Source: Macrostomum hystrix
Taxonomy: Eukaryota > Animalia > Platyhelminthes
Length of the DNA stretch: 64,000 bases
Reading direction: 5' to 3'
Assembly: GCA_950097015.1 (NCBI GenBank)
Contig: CATNEN010000011.1
Span: 3,720,001-3,784,000 of the forward strand
Positions 25,501 to 50,200 of the stretch are shown here, piece by piece; positions within the stretch are counted from its first letter, which is position 1; each line of letters starts with the position of its first letter. The translations under genes were made by a program, and so were the position numbers. The notes under the pieces are model-generated. The model did no database searches, had not been told where the DNA came from, and was given only the letters and a program-made list of their open reading frames with translations.

Positions 25501-27878
25501 TCGGCGCCAACTTCGGCAGCCGACGGAGCGGAGTGCAGCAGTTGCAGGCAGGCCTTTGTCAGCGGCGCGAACGCCGGCGCTAACGCTGCGGGTTCCATGC
25601 GACGGGTGAGCACGCTGAGTAGGTGAGCAGCTGCCGGGCGAATGCTTGAGTCCACTGAGACCAGTGCAGTTAGGAGAGCCTGTGAATCGATAGTGTTGTT
25701 AAAATAATTCTTTGAGTAACAACAGAATGTGAATATTTCGATACATATCGGGTACTCTGAAATACCATGAATTCTGTTTTTGAAAAATCAGTTTTTGGGG
25801 GAAATTCTGAATTATCGGAATTCTTTTTTCGATAAATATCGGAAATATATAAATAACCGCTTCTATAACTAACATAGATACTCTCTAGAATTATGTTTTC
25901 GGTACATATCGGGGATATTCTCGAAATATTGCAACTCCCTTTTCGATGCATATAAAATATTTTACATTATTGATTTAAAAACAATTTTTGAAGCACATAG
26001 GACGTACAGTATCTAAAAGTGTTTTACCGGTTTTACAGGATTTTAAATGTGTTTAACAGGTTTCTAAAAGTGCTTAGCAGTTTTCTAAATGTGTTTAACA
26101 GTTTTCTTAAAGTGTTTAACAGTTTTCTATGTGTGTTTAGCAGGTTTCTAAATGTGTTTAACAGGTTTCTAAAAGTGTTTAGCAGTTTTCTCAATGTGTT
26201 TAATAGTTATGTAAATGTGTTTAACAGTACTCTAAATGTGTTTTCCAGCACTCTAAATGTGTCTTAAAGTATTCTAAGTGTGTTTAATTGTTTTCTAAAT
26301 GTGTTATACTGGTTTCTAAAGGTGTTTAACAGTTTTCTAATGTGTTAAACCGTTTTTTAAATCTGTTTAATAATTTTCCAAATGATTCCAAAAGTTTTCT
26401 AAATGTGTCCAGTAATTACCACTTTTCTTAATGCGTCAAAAAGTTTTTTTAATTCGTTTATTGGTTAAAAATTTTATTTGCTGCTAAGGGGGGGAATTAG
26501 TTCTTTGCTGCTGGGCAAGGAATTAGTTCTCTGCTGCTGGGGGAATTAGTTCTCTGCTGCTGGGGGGAATTAGTTCTCTGCTGCTGGGGGGAATTTGTTC
26601 TCTGCTGCTGGGGGGAATTAGTTCTCTGCTGCTGAGGGGAATTAGTTCTCTGCTGCTGGGGGGAATTAGTTCTCTGCTGCTGAGGGGAATTAGTTCTCTG
26701 CTGCTGGGGGGGGATTAATTCTCTGCTGCTGGGGGGAATTAGTTCTCTGCTGCTGAGGGGAATTAGTTCTCTGCTGCTGGGGGGGGATTAATTCTCTGCT
26801 TCTGGGGGGAATTTGTTCTCTGCTGCTGGGGGGAATTAGTTCTCTGCTGCTGGGGGGAATTAGTTCTCTGCTGCTGGGGGGAATTAGTTCTCTGCTGCTG
26901 GGGGGAATTTGTTCTCTGCTGCTGGGGGGAATTTGTTCTCTGCTGCTGGGGGGAATTTGTTCTCTGCTGCTGGGGGGACATTGGTTTTTTAATTTTTACT
27001 GCTGAGGGGATAGTATTCACATGTACCTCAGTAGCATTAAGCTGAGTTGTATCAAACGTAAGTTACTTGTGTAATTTTGCCCCAATGGGGCTCTTGGTGT
27101 ACAGACCGGATGTCTCAGAATGTATTCAAGCTCAGACTGACTATTTTTGTATTTAGTGAGAATTCAAATTCTCTTTGATTCGCAATAACGTATATTCGCA
27201 ATCAGGGAAATTAATACTGACGAAATGAGTTTTCGTTTTTGTTTGCTTTCAGGTGTGTTTTGTCCCTATGCATTGCACAAGATTTTTTGTCTGAACAGTA
27301 GTGCGCCCCAAGGGGGGCTTAGTGTGCTAGTCTAGTGCTAAATTTTGGTTTTCGATACATATCGGTAGTAGATATTTGAAGCTCAACAATATATTTACCT
27401 GAAAGTACTCTTCGTTAGTTTCCTGACCGCCTCGATCTCGAATGAGTTGCGCCACAGCGGCCAGCACGGCTAGAGCAGTCTTCCTAGCTTCGGAGTTCTG
27501 CCGGTCGGCCCAATGAGACAGTACCTTCTCGAAGCACTGATTGGTGCAGCCAGTGAAATTTGTTGCGAATGTCTCCGCAGATTTAACAGACGAATCGTCG
27601 TCATCGCCGGGTTGTTTTTCAGCCAACTCGGAGTCGTCGCCCTCGTCAATGAGCTGATTGTGCCGCTGCAGTGCGGCTTTCGTTATCTTAAAAGAATTGC
27701 CAGCGTTAGTAACTGACGTAGACGAGCTCATTGGAGCAAATTGAACAACTCGACTGCGATTCACCACCGAGGCGGCCTCGCGAAATCGTTGACACCTGGG
27801 ATTAGACGAGCTGCTCTGGCCTTTCTTCCAGCGAACACCAGTGCGCAGGGTCTTGCGCGCGCTGCGGGACACTTTCAT
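19505..27878 (-). CDS. RRP12: RRP12-like ribosome biogenesis HEAT-repeat protein, ~1412 aa, 5 exons
   Basis: Exons 27878-27399, 25679-25371, 24672-22951, 22038-21350, 20543-19505, with consistent phases (last intron GC-AG). N-terminal RWKKGQSSSSNP, ETNEEYF, WRRSWLLPLL, QIWQALPAFC and C-terminal DPYSFLTLDRRLLNR motifs. Confidence 0.93.
20682..21000 (+). mobile_element. SINE family A, full-length copy with (TTA)n tail, RRP12 intron 4
   Basis: TAGCCTAG A box, GGTTCGATTCCC B box, CORE-like body, ends in AATCAATTATTATTATTATT. Confidence 0.88.
22130..22795. repeat. 16-bp repeat (TCTCATCTATCTCGTG), RRP12 intron 3
   Basis: Direct periodicity. Confidence 0.95.
24870..25275. repeat. 24-bp repeat (ATGAGCAACTGAATGAGCGACCAT), RRP12 intron 2
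   Basis: Direct periodicity, degenerate toward 24870. Confidence 0.9.
26030..26400. repeat. Degenerate ~21-bp AT-rich repeat (AAATGTGTTTAACAGGTTTCT), RRP12 intron 1
   Basis: Recurring unit. Confidence 0.8.
26485..26980. repeat. 23-25-bp repeat (GGGGGAATTAGTTCTCTGCTGCTG), RRP12 intron 1
   Basis: Direct periodicity with a variable G run. Confidence 0.95.
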
Positions 27879-27974
27879 GGCTCTTCTTTTACGATTTGCT
27901 GCTGCTGCTGCTGCAGGTAGATGAGCTGAAATGTAATTGTGAATTGGAAAAATATTTTTAGACCATATTTAGAA

Positions 27975-28745
27975 CCTAATACGGATAGGAACAGAACAGA
28001 ATATGAGGATCTAATACGGATGGGAATAGAATATGAGGATCTAATACGGATGGGAACAGAATATGAGAATCTAATATGGATGGGAACAGAATATGAGGAT
28101 CTAATACGGGTAGGAATATAATATGAGGATCTAATACGGATGGGAACAGAATATGGGGATCTAATACGGATGGGAATAGAATATGAGGATCTAATACGGA
28201 TGGGAATATAATATGAGGATCTAATATGGATGGGAACAGAATATGAGGATCTAATACGGATGGGAATAGAATATGAGGATCTAATATGGATGGGAACAGA
28301 ATATGAGGATCTAATACGGATGGGAATAGAATATGAGGATCTAATACGGATGGGAACAGAATATAAGGATCTAATATGGATGGGAATAGAATATGGGGAT
28401 CTAATACGGTTGGGAATAGAATATGAGGATCTAATACGGATGTGAACAGAATATGAGGATCTAATATGGATGGGAATTGAATATGAGGATCTAATACGGA
28501 TGTGAACAGAATATGAGGATCTAATACGGATGTGAACAGAATATGAGGATCTAATACGGGTAGGAATAGAATATGAGGATCTAATACGGGTAGGAATAGA
28601 ATATGAGGATCTAATACGGATGTGAACAGAATATGAGGATCTAATATGGGTGGGAACAGAATATGAGGATCTAATACGGATAGGAATAGAATAGGATGAT
28701 CTAATCTGGGGAAAAATGTGAGGATCTAATATGGGGAATAGAATG
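27975..28745. repeat. 30-bp repeat (GAATATGAGGATCTAATACGGATGGGAACA) upstream of RRP12 (outron or 5'UTR intron)
   Basis: Direct periodicity. Confidence 0.95.
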
Positions 28746-30507
28746 AGTATCCGGGATTTTAGGACCTGAGAAAATTGGGAATGAGAAGTTGAGGATAGCA
28801 TAGGAGGGTTGATCTGTGGTGGCTGAAACAGGGATCAGGGAAGTTATTTTGTCATAATAAAACACAATTAAAAACTGTTAAAGTATAAAGAGGCATGCCA
28901 AACATTAAACAAACAGCGACACTCTGGTTGGCAACTATATTCGACGAGCGAAAAGCACTTTATTTAAGGCTGTTAGTTTTATGTCTTTGAATTATGTGAA
29001 AGCAATATAATAAATATAATAAGCAATTAAAAAACCTTGGAAGTGCGCAGTAATACATCAGTCGCAGAGTGAGTAGATCTATTAAAAGATATGTATTGTT
29101 AAACAATTTACATAAAAAATTAGCAGTTTGACAAACAGCCACGCTTATTAATGATTGATCAAATCGAATTGAGTTAACCTAATTTAAACAATAAAAAGCA
29201 AATAAAAAACAGGCAAACCAAACTACAATTGTCTTTGTTTCTAAGGCCTTACTTTGCTCCCTAAAGTCGGATATCACAGGTGTCTAGGCTAGGGAGAATC
29301 GAGAGAGACAAAGGAAGATTACGCTCGTAGTAAACCGGATTCAGAAAAAATTACCAGCATAGGTTAGACAAGTACGACTTTAATCATTACTCATTTAATC
29401 ATTTAAACATTAATCTAAAACAAAGTTAAAAATTTAATAGAAAGATTAAATATAGCCTAAAAATGTGTTGAATGATATGCATATAATGGATGGCAAATTG
29501 TTACTTTAAAATAGCAACACTAGATAACAAAATTAGCACGAAATCGGCTTTTATTGCGCGAAAAATATTACGGAATATTGTTTCCAACATTTCACACTTA
29601 CTACTCACAATAGCAAGCTCAGTATTCAAATAAGTAATGTATTTATTTACTAAGTTAAAATATATATAAGAAATCAACAGGAAGAAAGGATTAATCACAA
29701 ATTAGTATAACAAACTGAATAAAACAAAACCAGATGATGACCAAATTTCAAGCCAAGGATATAAGCGTACGATAACTATTGTGTTGTATCTGAGAGAAAT
29801 GATATAAATTAATAATTATAAACTTAATTATCTTTAATATCTTTAAAAAATCGAGAGTTCAGTAAACATATATTTTAATTTTAGACAATACCTTCACTAG
29901 AGGCATTTCATTTAAAAATCAAATCGGATACTTATAATATAGAATTTATAACGGCAATAAATGGAAGAAAAATGGAAGTTAGCATAGAAAAGAAATTAAA
30001 TTACGTAACAATCATACAAAATAAACTATATATAGCATCACTAGTGTTTTCGCATAATTTTATAGATATTTTACACTTCATTGACACCATACTACTATTA
30101 GTGGCAGACTTTTTTTTGACACAAAATGAATTTTAAGTATTAGAGCACAGCCAAAGTAGAACTTTATTATTACAATATATAAGAACAAAATAATTCCCAT
30201 TCCGGTTGTAATGTTCATATTTTTATTAAACTATTATTAGAATTCAGGGGAGGTCAGAAGTTCGAATCCTATCACCCAGTAAAATTTGTGCCAGCATAAG
30301 CTGCTATAGGAATTTTGTCGATTTTGCGCGATATTACAAAAAGTTAGAAAGTTAAACAAATATAAATCGACAATTGGTAAAAACAAACAAGCAAACGTAG
30401 AGAGACACCATAGATATAAGCAAATATGTAAACACTGTACGGTCACATCATCTGAAATGATAATCGATTAGTCCAATAACACAAATCATTGAATAAGCTG
30501 GACTGCA

Positions 30508-42595
<12,088 letters not shown>

Positions 42596-42764
42596 CTGAT
42601 ACTAATCTGTTATCCGATGCTGAAAAATAGAATAGAAATCGGAATTAATAATTATATATATTTATGTCAATAAACCTATAAAGTACATAGAAGTATTACA
42701 CTTAGCCTATTAGGGCCAGGTGAAAAACTTTAGTTGCTTAATTAAGTGTGAGTGGCAGGGCGGT

Positions 42765-42900
42765 CTAACGCATTTGCGTCTCGCACCGAAGTCATGAAAT
42801 TTACGCCTTTGAGGGCCAACCTACAAGGCACAGTGAGAGTGTACACTGCCTGACGAAGAGAAAATCTGGCGAGATGTACACACCTGTGTGTGTGTGTGTG
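42765..42900 (+). mobile_element. SINE family B copy (internal deletion) ending in (TG)n
   Basis: TGGCAGGGCGGTCTAACGC A-box-like head and AAGGCACAGTGAGAGTGTACACTGCCTGACGA body. Confidence 0.7.
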
Positions 42901-44277
42901 CTCAGGAGTCAGCGAAATGTCTCCTCGCCCTCAGGCTCTCAAGCAATCCTTATTGTTAGTATTCCTGCAACCATTCAAATAAAAAAACCTTTGAATACAT
43001 TTATTTCATAGGCAGCCGGCAATTCAGCAACTGCAGCTGTTTAAGACTGATGTATAGATAAACTTGTAAGCGTCCGTTTACAAAAACTTTTTTTGCATAA
43101 CTAGAAAGCAGAATTACAATCAAAGCTGTTAAAACCGGTTAAGCATTGGAGCCAACAGTGGTACAGACACACAATGTTAGTTTAGTGCCTAAATATTGAC
43201 TGACAGACAGGTAAAAAACAACAAGCATATAATACTATAATTTAGTTCGTTTATTTTAAAATATCTTTACTCAGAAACGACAGTCTAGAATATTTAGAAT
43301 GTTAAAAAATCTTACTTATTATATTATAAAGCCACAGTTAGAGTTTGATAACACGCGGAGAATATATGTACACATACATAAAAAACAGATGTTAGATTCC
43401 TTAGCTAAAAAAAACAATAAAAACTAGAATAATAGAACAATGTAGAAATCGTTTATTTACTTTTAAAAGATAGCTTTCAAATAATTTACTGATAAGATAA
43501 GATAGATAGAGAGATATAAAGAATCAATGTGCTTTTGATAATCATACGAACGCGTTCGATAAGTTTAAAAAATCAGTTAGTAAACTTTGTCAATCAATAC
43601 TTAATACTTTGTTCGCATTAGCTTCTCAGTCAATTAATATTGCAATTAATTCTTGAATATAGGCATTAGCAATTTTCGCAATTAATCACAAATTGTAAAC
43701 AACATTCCGAGTGGAGATAATAAGTAGTATATGGTAGAAATGGTAGAAAAATGACATTAGGAAGAATACCTAGAATATTATAAAGTTAAAAATCTATAAA
43801 TAGACCATATGTTGTCACTCGTACATTAAGAAACATTTAAACCTTTGAATGTAATCAGCTAATCGGTCTAACTTCGAACCCATAAGATTCTTGCCCACAT
43901 ACATAACTTTTTCGATACATATAGGCTACATCTTAGGCTTATAGGCTTTTAATTACCAGAATATTGTACTCAGAAGCGGAGTATTATATCATCTTAAATT
44001 TTCATTATAATCTCGAATTAATTTTATGCTGTATTAAATAAACTACACATCGATAATACTAACGAAAATATCGAAGAAAGTTCTAGGCTTTTTCAAAACA
44101 TATCGGCAATTTTTTCATTTATTGTATTGGGATTTACAGATTCCTTGGGTTCTCAGATAAACAACACATATGCTTTAGATTGAACAAACACATACGACTT
44201 TTTACTTGAACTACAGCGAGAAATTTAAAAGTAAAAAAACTACATTTGAACCAGGAATCGAACCAATGGCCAACTGT

Positions 44278-47200
44278 TTAAGACTGGTGATGAGCGGCCG
44301 GCCGCCTAGCAGATCCCACGGCATTGTAGGCCTGCCGAATCAGCGCGTAGGGGAAGCACATCTCCAATAAGCTAGCAGTGAGGTAGGGGCACTGCTTAAC
44401 AATCAGGTCCAGAATGATGAACACGGAGGGCAGATTACGGCCAACAAGTTCGTCCTGACTTGCCCTCAGTAGGGAGCTGCTGCACAGAGCTAAGAATTCT
44501 TTCCAACGCTCGCTTAGTTCCAGATTCAACTGCTGCGGAGTGCACAGTGTTAGCAGGGCGGGCAGGACAGAGTTCAATGCGCCGGCAATCGTGTGAGTAT
44601 TGTTATAATGAGCCTCCACATCATGGCCATAGACTGTGTTGTCCAGGGCGGCCAAGCGCGGCAGTGAGACAGACAGGAAGACTAGCATATGGCAGACCAC
44701 CATGTACTCCTGTGTATGTGGAGTGGACAAGTGGTTAGGCAAAATTTCGCAGAATATTTTTGAGATGGGTCAGGGATGCGATTTTGAGTCTGGGATGAGC
44801 TCTTGAGTCTGGGATGAGATCTTGAGTCTGGTATGAGATCTTGAGTCTGGGATGAGATCTTGAGTCTGTGATGAGATTTTGAGTCTAAGACTCTAAAATG
44901 AGTTGTTTATCTAGGATTAGATTTTGAGTCTGACATGAGTTGTAAGTCTAAGATTAGATTTAAGTCTGGGATGATATTATAAGTCAAGGATGAGATTTTG
45001 AGTCTGGGATGAGATTTTGAGTCTAGAATGATATTTTGAGTCTGAGATGAGAGTTGAGTCTAGGATGAGAATTTGAGTCTAGAATGATATTTTGAGTCTG
45101 AGATGAGAGTTGAGTCTAGGATGAGAATTTGAGTCTAGCATGAGAGTTGAGTCTTAGATGATATTTTGAGTCTAGGAGGAGTGTTGTGAGTCCAGGATGA
45201 GATTTTAAGTATATGACGAGATTGTTAGTCTGAGATAAGAGTAATGAGTCTGGGTGAGATTTCGAGTCTGGGATGAGATTCTGAGTTCTGATTCTGAGAA
45301 CACATTGAGAAAAAATGCGCCAGACTTCTACCTGTTCAGGCTTGCCCTTGTACCGTTCGAGGGCCTGCAGTAAGCCCAGATCCACGGAGCTGTCTAGCCC
45401 CATTCCGCTGCGAAAAAGGGCCGTGATTTCACCGCGATCGCCCAGCAGATCTTCGGCAGTTTTTATTAAGAAGGGCGATCGTTTCTGCATTACGGAGCGA
45501 AGGCCCTCCTGGCAGAGTCGACGAAAACTCATGTAGACGCCGGCGTTTTTGAATCGGCAGAGAAACTCGACGGGTTGTTGCAGCCTGGTGGACAGCTCCG
45601 ACATGCGGCCCGGATCTTCGAAACTGACACGAAGAGCTTGCAGCACCTGGAATGCACGATTTGCTAATTGCAGCTTCTTTACTGTTAATTAGAAGCATTT
45701 TTAATGAATAAAGGCAAAATGGTAGCCGAGTAAAAGCGTAGATATACATTTGTAAAATGAGGGAGAACGAAAGGGAGGCAGGGAGAAAAGTAGATAGGTA
45801 GATAAAATGTATATAGGTAAATATAAAGGTAGATAGTAGATAGGAACGTAAATCTATAGAGAGAAAGGTAGATAGATAGGGAGAAATATGGATAGGTAGA
45901 TAGAAAATTAGATAGGTAGGGAAAGTAGATGGGTAGAGACAAAGGTAGATAGGTAGGGAGAAAGGTAGATAGGTAGATAGAAATGTAGACAGGTAAATAG
46001 AGAGGTAAATAGGTAGAAAAAAGTATATAGATAGAAATGTAGACAGGCAGAGAGAAACGTAGACAGGCAGATAGAAACGTAGACAGACAGACAGAAATGT
46101 AGACAGGCAGATAAATATGTAGACAGGGAGAGAGAAATGTAGACAGGTAGAGAGAAATGTAGACAGGCAGATAGAAATGTAGACAGGCAGATAGAAATGT
46201 AGACAGGCAGATAGAAATGTAGACAGGCAGATAGAAATGTAGACAGGCAGAGAGAAATGTAGACAGGCAGAGAGAAATGTAGACAGGCAGATAGAAATGT
46301 AGACAGGCAGATAGAAATGTAGACAGGCAGAGAGAAATGTAGACAGGTAGACAGAAATGTAGACAGGCAGATAGAAATGTAGACAGGCAGAGAGAAACGT
46401 AGACAGGCAGATAGAAACGTAGACAGGCAGACAGAAATGTAGACAGGTAGATAGAAATGTAGACAGGCAGATAGAAATGCAGACAGGCAGAGAGAAATGT
46501 AGACAGGTAGATAGAAATGTAGACAGGTAGACAGAAATGTAGACAGGCAGATAGAAATGTAGACAGGCAGAGAGAAACGTAGACAGGCAGATAGAAACGT
46601 AGACAGACAGACAGAAATGTAGACAGGCAGATAGAAATGTAGACAGGCAGATAGAAATGTAGACAGGCAGATAGAAATGCAGACAGGCAGAGAGAAATGT
46701 AGACAGGTAGATAGAAATGTAGACAGGTAGACAGAAATGTAGACAGGCAGATAGAAATGTAGACAGGCAGAGAGAAACGTAGACAGGCAGATAGAAACGT
46801 AGACAGACAGACAGAAATGTAGACAGGCAGATAAATATGTAGACAGGGAGAGAGAAATGTAGACAGGTAGAGAGAAATGTAGACAGGCAGATAGAAATGT
46901 AGACAGGCAGATAGAAATGTAGACAGGCAGATAGAAATGTAGACAGGCAGATAGAAATGTAGACAGGCAGAGAGAAATGTAGACAGGCAGAGAGAAATGT
47001 AGACAGGCAGATAGAAATGTAGACAGGCAGATAGAAATGTAGACAAGCAGAGAGAAATGTAGACAGGTAGACAGAAATGTAGACAGGCAGATAGAAATGT
47101 AGACAGGCAGAGAGAAACGTAGACAGGCAGATAGAAAGGTAGACAGGCAGACAGAAATGTAGACAGGTAGATAGAAATGTAGACAGGCAGATAGAAATGC

Positions 47201-50200
47201 AGACAGGCAGAGAGAAATGTAGACAGGTAGATAGAAATGTAGACAGGTAGACAGAAATGTAGACAGGCAGATAGAAATGTAGACAGGCAGAGAGAAACGT
47301 AGACAGGCAGATAGAAACGTAGACAGACAGACAGAAATGTAGACAGGCAGATAGAAATGTAGACAGGCAGATAGAAATGTAGACAGGCAGATAGAAATGC
47401 AGACAGGCAGAGAGAAATGTAGACAGGTAGATAGAAATGTAGACAGGTAGACAGAAATGTAGACAGGCAGATAGAAATGTAGACAGGCAGATAGAAATGT
47501 AGACAGGTAGAGAACAAATGAACAATATAAAAAACTGAAGGCCTCCTCACCTCCATATTAGCCATGACCAGTTTCTTGGCTTCATCAATTTCTGCGGCAA
47601 CCAATTTGCAGACCTCCTCGTCCAGATACTTCATGCCGTACGGGCCAATAAGTTCGGCTAAGGCGCAGATCTCATTATAATCGGCATATTCTTCAATTGG
47701 AAACGGCTGATTCGGATCCATCATCAGGAAGCTCTTGAATCTGGGACTGTAGATTACCCTTGGTGAATCGGCCACAACCTTTGGCAGTAGGGCGCCGCAG
47801 TACCAGGCTATGTAATTGTGAGTTATTGTCTGCTCACCGCGCCAACTGTCGCGCAATTGAGTCTGCTGCAGCAGTACCATATTGAATACTCGCGGCAGGT
47901 CCAGTGTCATGAAACAGTCCAGATCCTGCAGTACGCCAAGCGAAGCTTTCAAACAGCTGAGCAGCTCGGATGGCTTGGCAATCTCTTCTCGTTCAGGATT
48001 GTACATCTGGCTAGCCACCACTGTTTTGCAGAATTTCTGCTCGAGTTCGGCTGTTAGCACCTCCCTTGGCACAATTGATCGGTATTGAAAGTTGACGGTG
48101 CGACAATTGTGCAGCGAGCAGCACAGTTCGCTTAGCGCCATGCGGTATTTATCTATTGAGGTCATGTTCTCGCGGCGCTTGCGTTGCGACTCCGTGCCGG
48201 GCACTTCGGCTGCGGCTGCCAAGGCGGCTGCGGCGGCTGAGCAAAAAAATTATGATGATGGCACTAAGTTCAATGACCCATTTTCTAACACAACAATAAA
48301 TATTTCACTGCTTAAGATCATTGAATGACCCACTTATCAGGTAGATCATTGAATGACCCACTCCAAGATTATTGAATGACCCACTCCAAGATCATTGAAT
48401 GACCCACTTATCAGGTAGATCATTGAATGACCCACTCCAAGATCATTGAATGACCCAATTCAGGAAGATTACTGAATGACCCACTTCAGGAAGATCACTG
48501 AATGACCCGCTTCAGGAAGATCAATGAATGACCCACTCCAAGATCATTGAATGACCCACTTATCAGGTAGATCATTGAATGACCCACTTCAGGAAGATCA
48601 CTGAATGACCCAATTCAGGAAGATCATTGAATGACCCACTTCAGGAAGATCACTGAATGACCCAATTCAGGAAGATCATTGAATAAACTACTTCAGGAAG
48701 ATGAAGATCGTACTGCTTACCTTGATTCTTCTTGGCTGCGTTGGGTGCGGGCTGTGGCACCATCTTGGCAGCGCCCATCTTCGGCAGCAGCCGATAGCTC
48801 AGCTGAGTCTGTTCTTCGAACACGCAGATAACCAGTTGAATAATTTCGTGACAAATATTGCGCACAAACGAGAAAGCCCGCTCGAAGGCTCGATCAGCCA
48901 CAAGGGCGATTTCCTCCGGGCACAACGGATGCGTTAGAGTCGAATAGTGAGTACAGATCTGAGGAAACACTGTGATGTAGCGATGCTGCGCCGGGAATTC
49001 AATGTTCAAATTGAACAACTGAATGAAAAAATCATCGTAGAAGAAGAACAGATGGAGAGAGGAGGTCTCGTCTAGGATGCCGTTCAAATCGTCAATGAGG
49101 CGAGTGTGAAACACCGCACTGTTCATGTGCTTGGCAAACGGGTCGCATTCGCGAATACTGGGCACTCCGTTGCTGGAGCTCAGCTTAGCCTGCAGCCGTA
49201 GCCAATCGATGCGAATGTCGGATAGGACGATGGATTCTTTGTCCTCTACCTGGCAGGTGTTGGCAGGTTTGACAGTTGTTGAAAACTAATGTCAATCACC
49301 GAGATAAAACCGGTTTGATGATGTACCAAATGACTAAATCTGATGATCTACCGAATGATCAAACATGATGATTCAATGAATGACCGCAAATGATGAATCA
49401 ATGAATGACTAAACTTGATGACTCATTGAATGACCAAACCTGATGGCTCAATAAATGAGTAAACCTGATGATTTACCGAATGATCAAACCTGATGACTCA
49501 GTGAATGACTGAACCCGATTATCTAACGAATGACCAAACCTGATGACTCAATGAATGATCAAACCTGATGACTCAATGAATGACCAAACCTCATGACTCA
49601 ATGAATGACCAAACCTGATGGCTCAATGAATGAGTAAACCTGATGATTTACCGAACGATCAAACCTGATGACTCAATGAATGACCAAACTACATGACGCA
49701 ATGAGCAAACTTGATGACTCAATAATTGACTGAACCCGATTATCTAACGAATGACAACACCTAATGGCTCAATGAATGACCAAACCTGATGACTCAATGA
49801 ATGAGTAAACCTGATGATTTACCGAACGATCAAACCTGATGACTCAATGAATGACCAAACTACATGACGCAATGAGCAAACTTGATGACTCAATAATTGA
49901 CTGAACCCGATTATCTAACGAATGACAACACCTAATGGCTCAATGAATGAGTAAACCTGATGATTTACCGAATGATCAAACCTGATGACTCAATAAATGA
50001 CTCAAAAATATGACTTAATGAATGACTGAAAATGATGACTCAATGAATGACTGAAAATTATGACTCAATGAATTACCAAACCAGATGACATGTAATGGTT
50101 CGTTAGTGACCAAACTAAGTTCTAATGAACGAAAAATATTGATGATGACTGAACGAATGACTTCATATTACTTGAAAATTAACAAGATCATAAATAGAAA

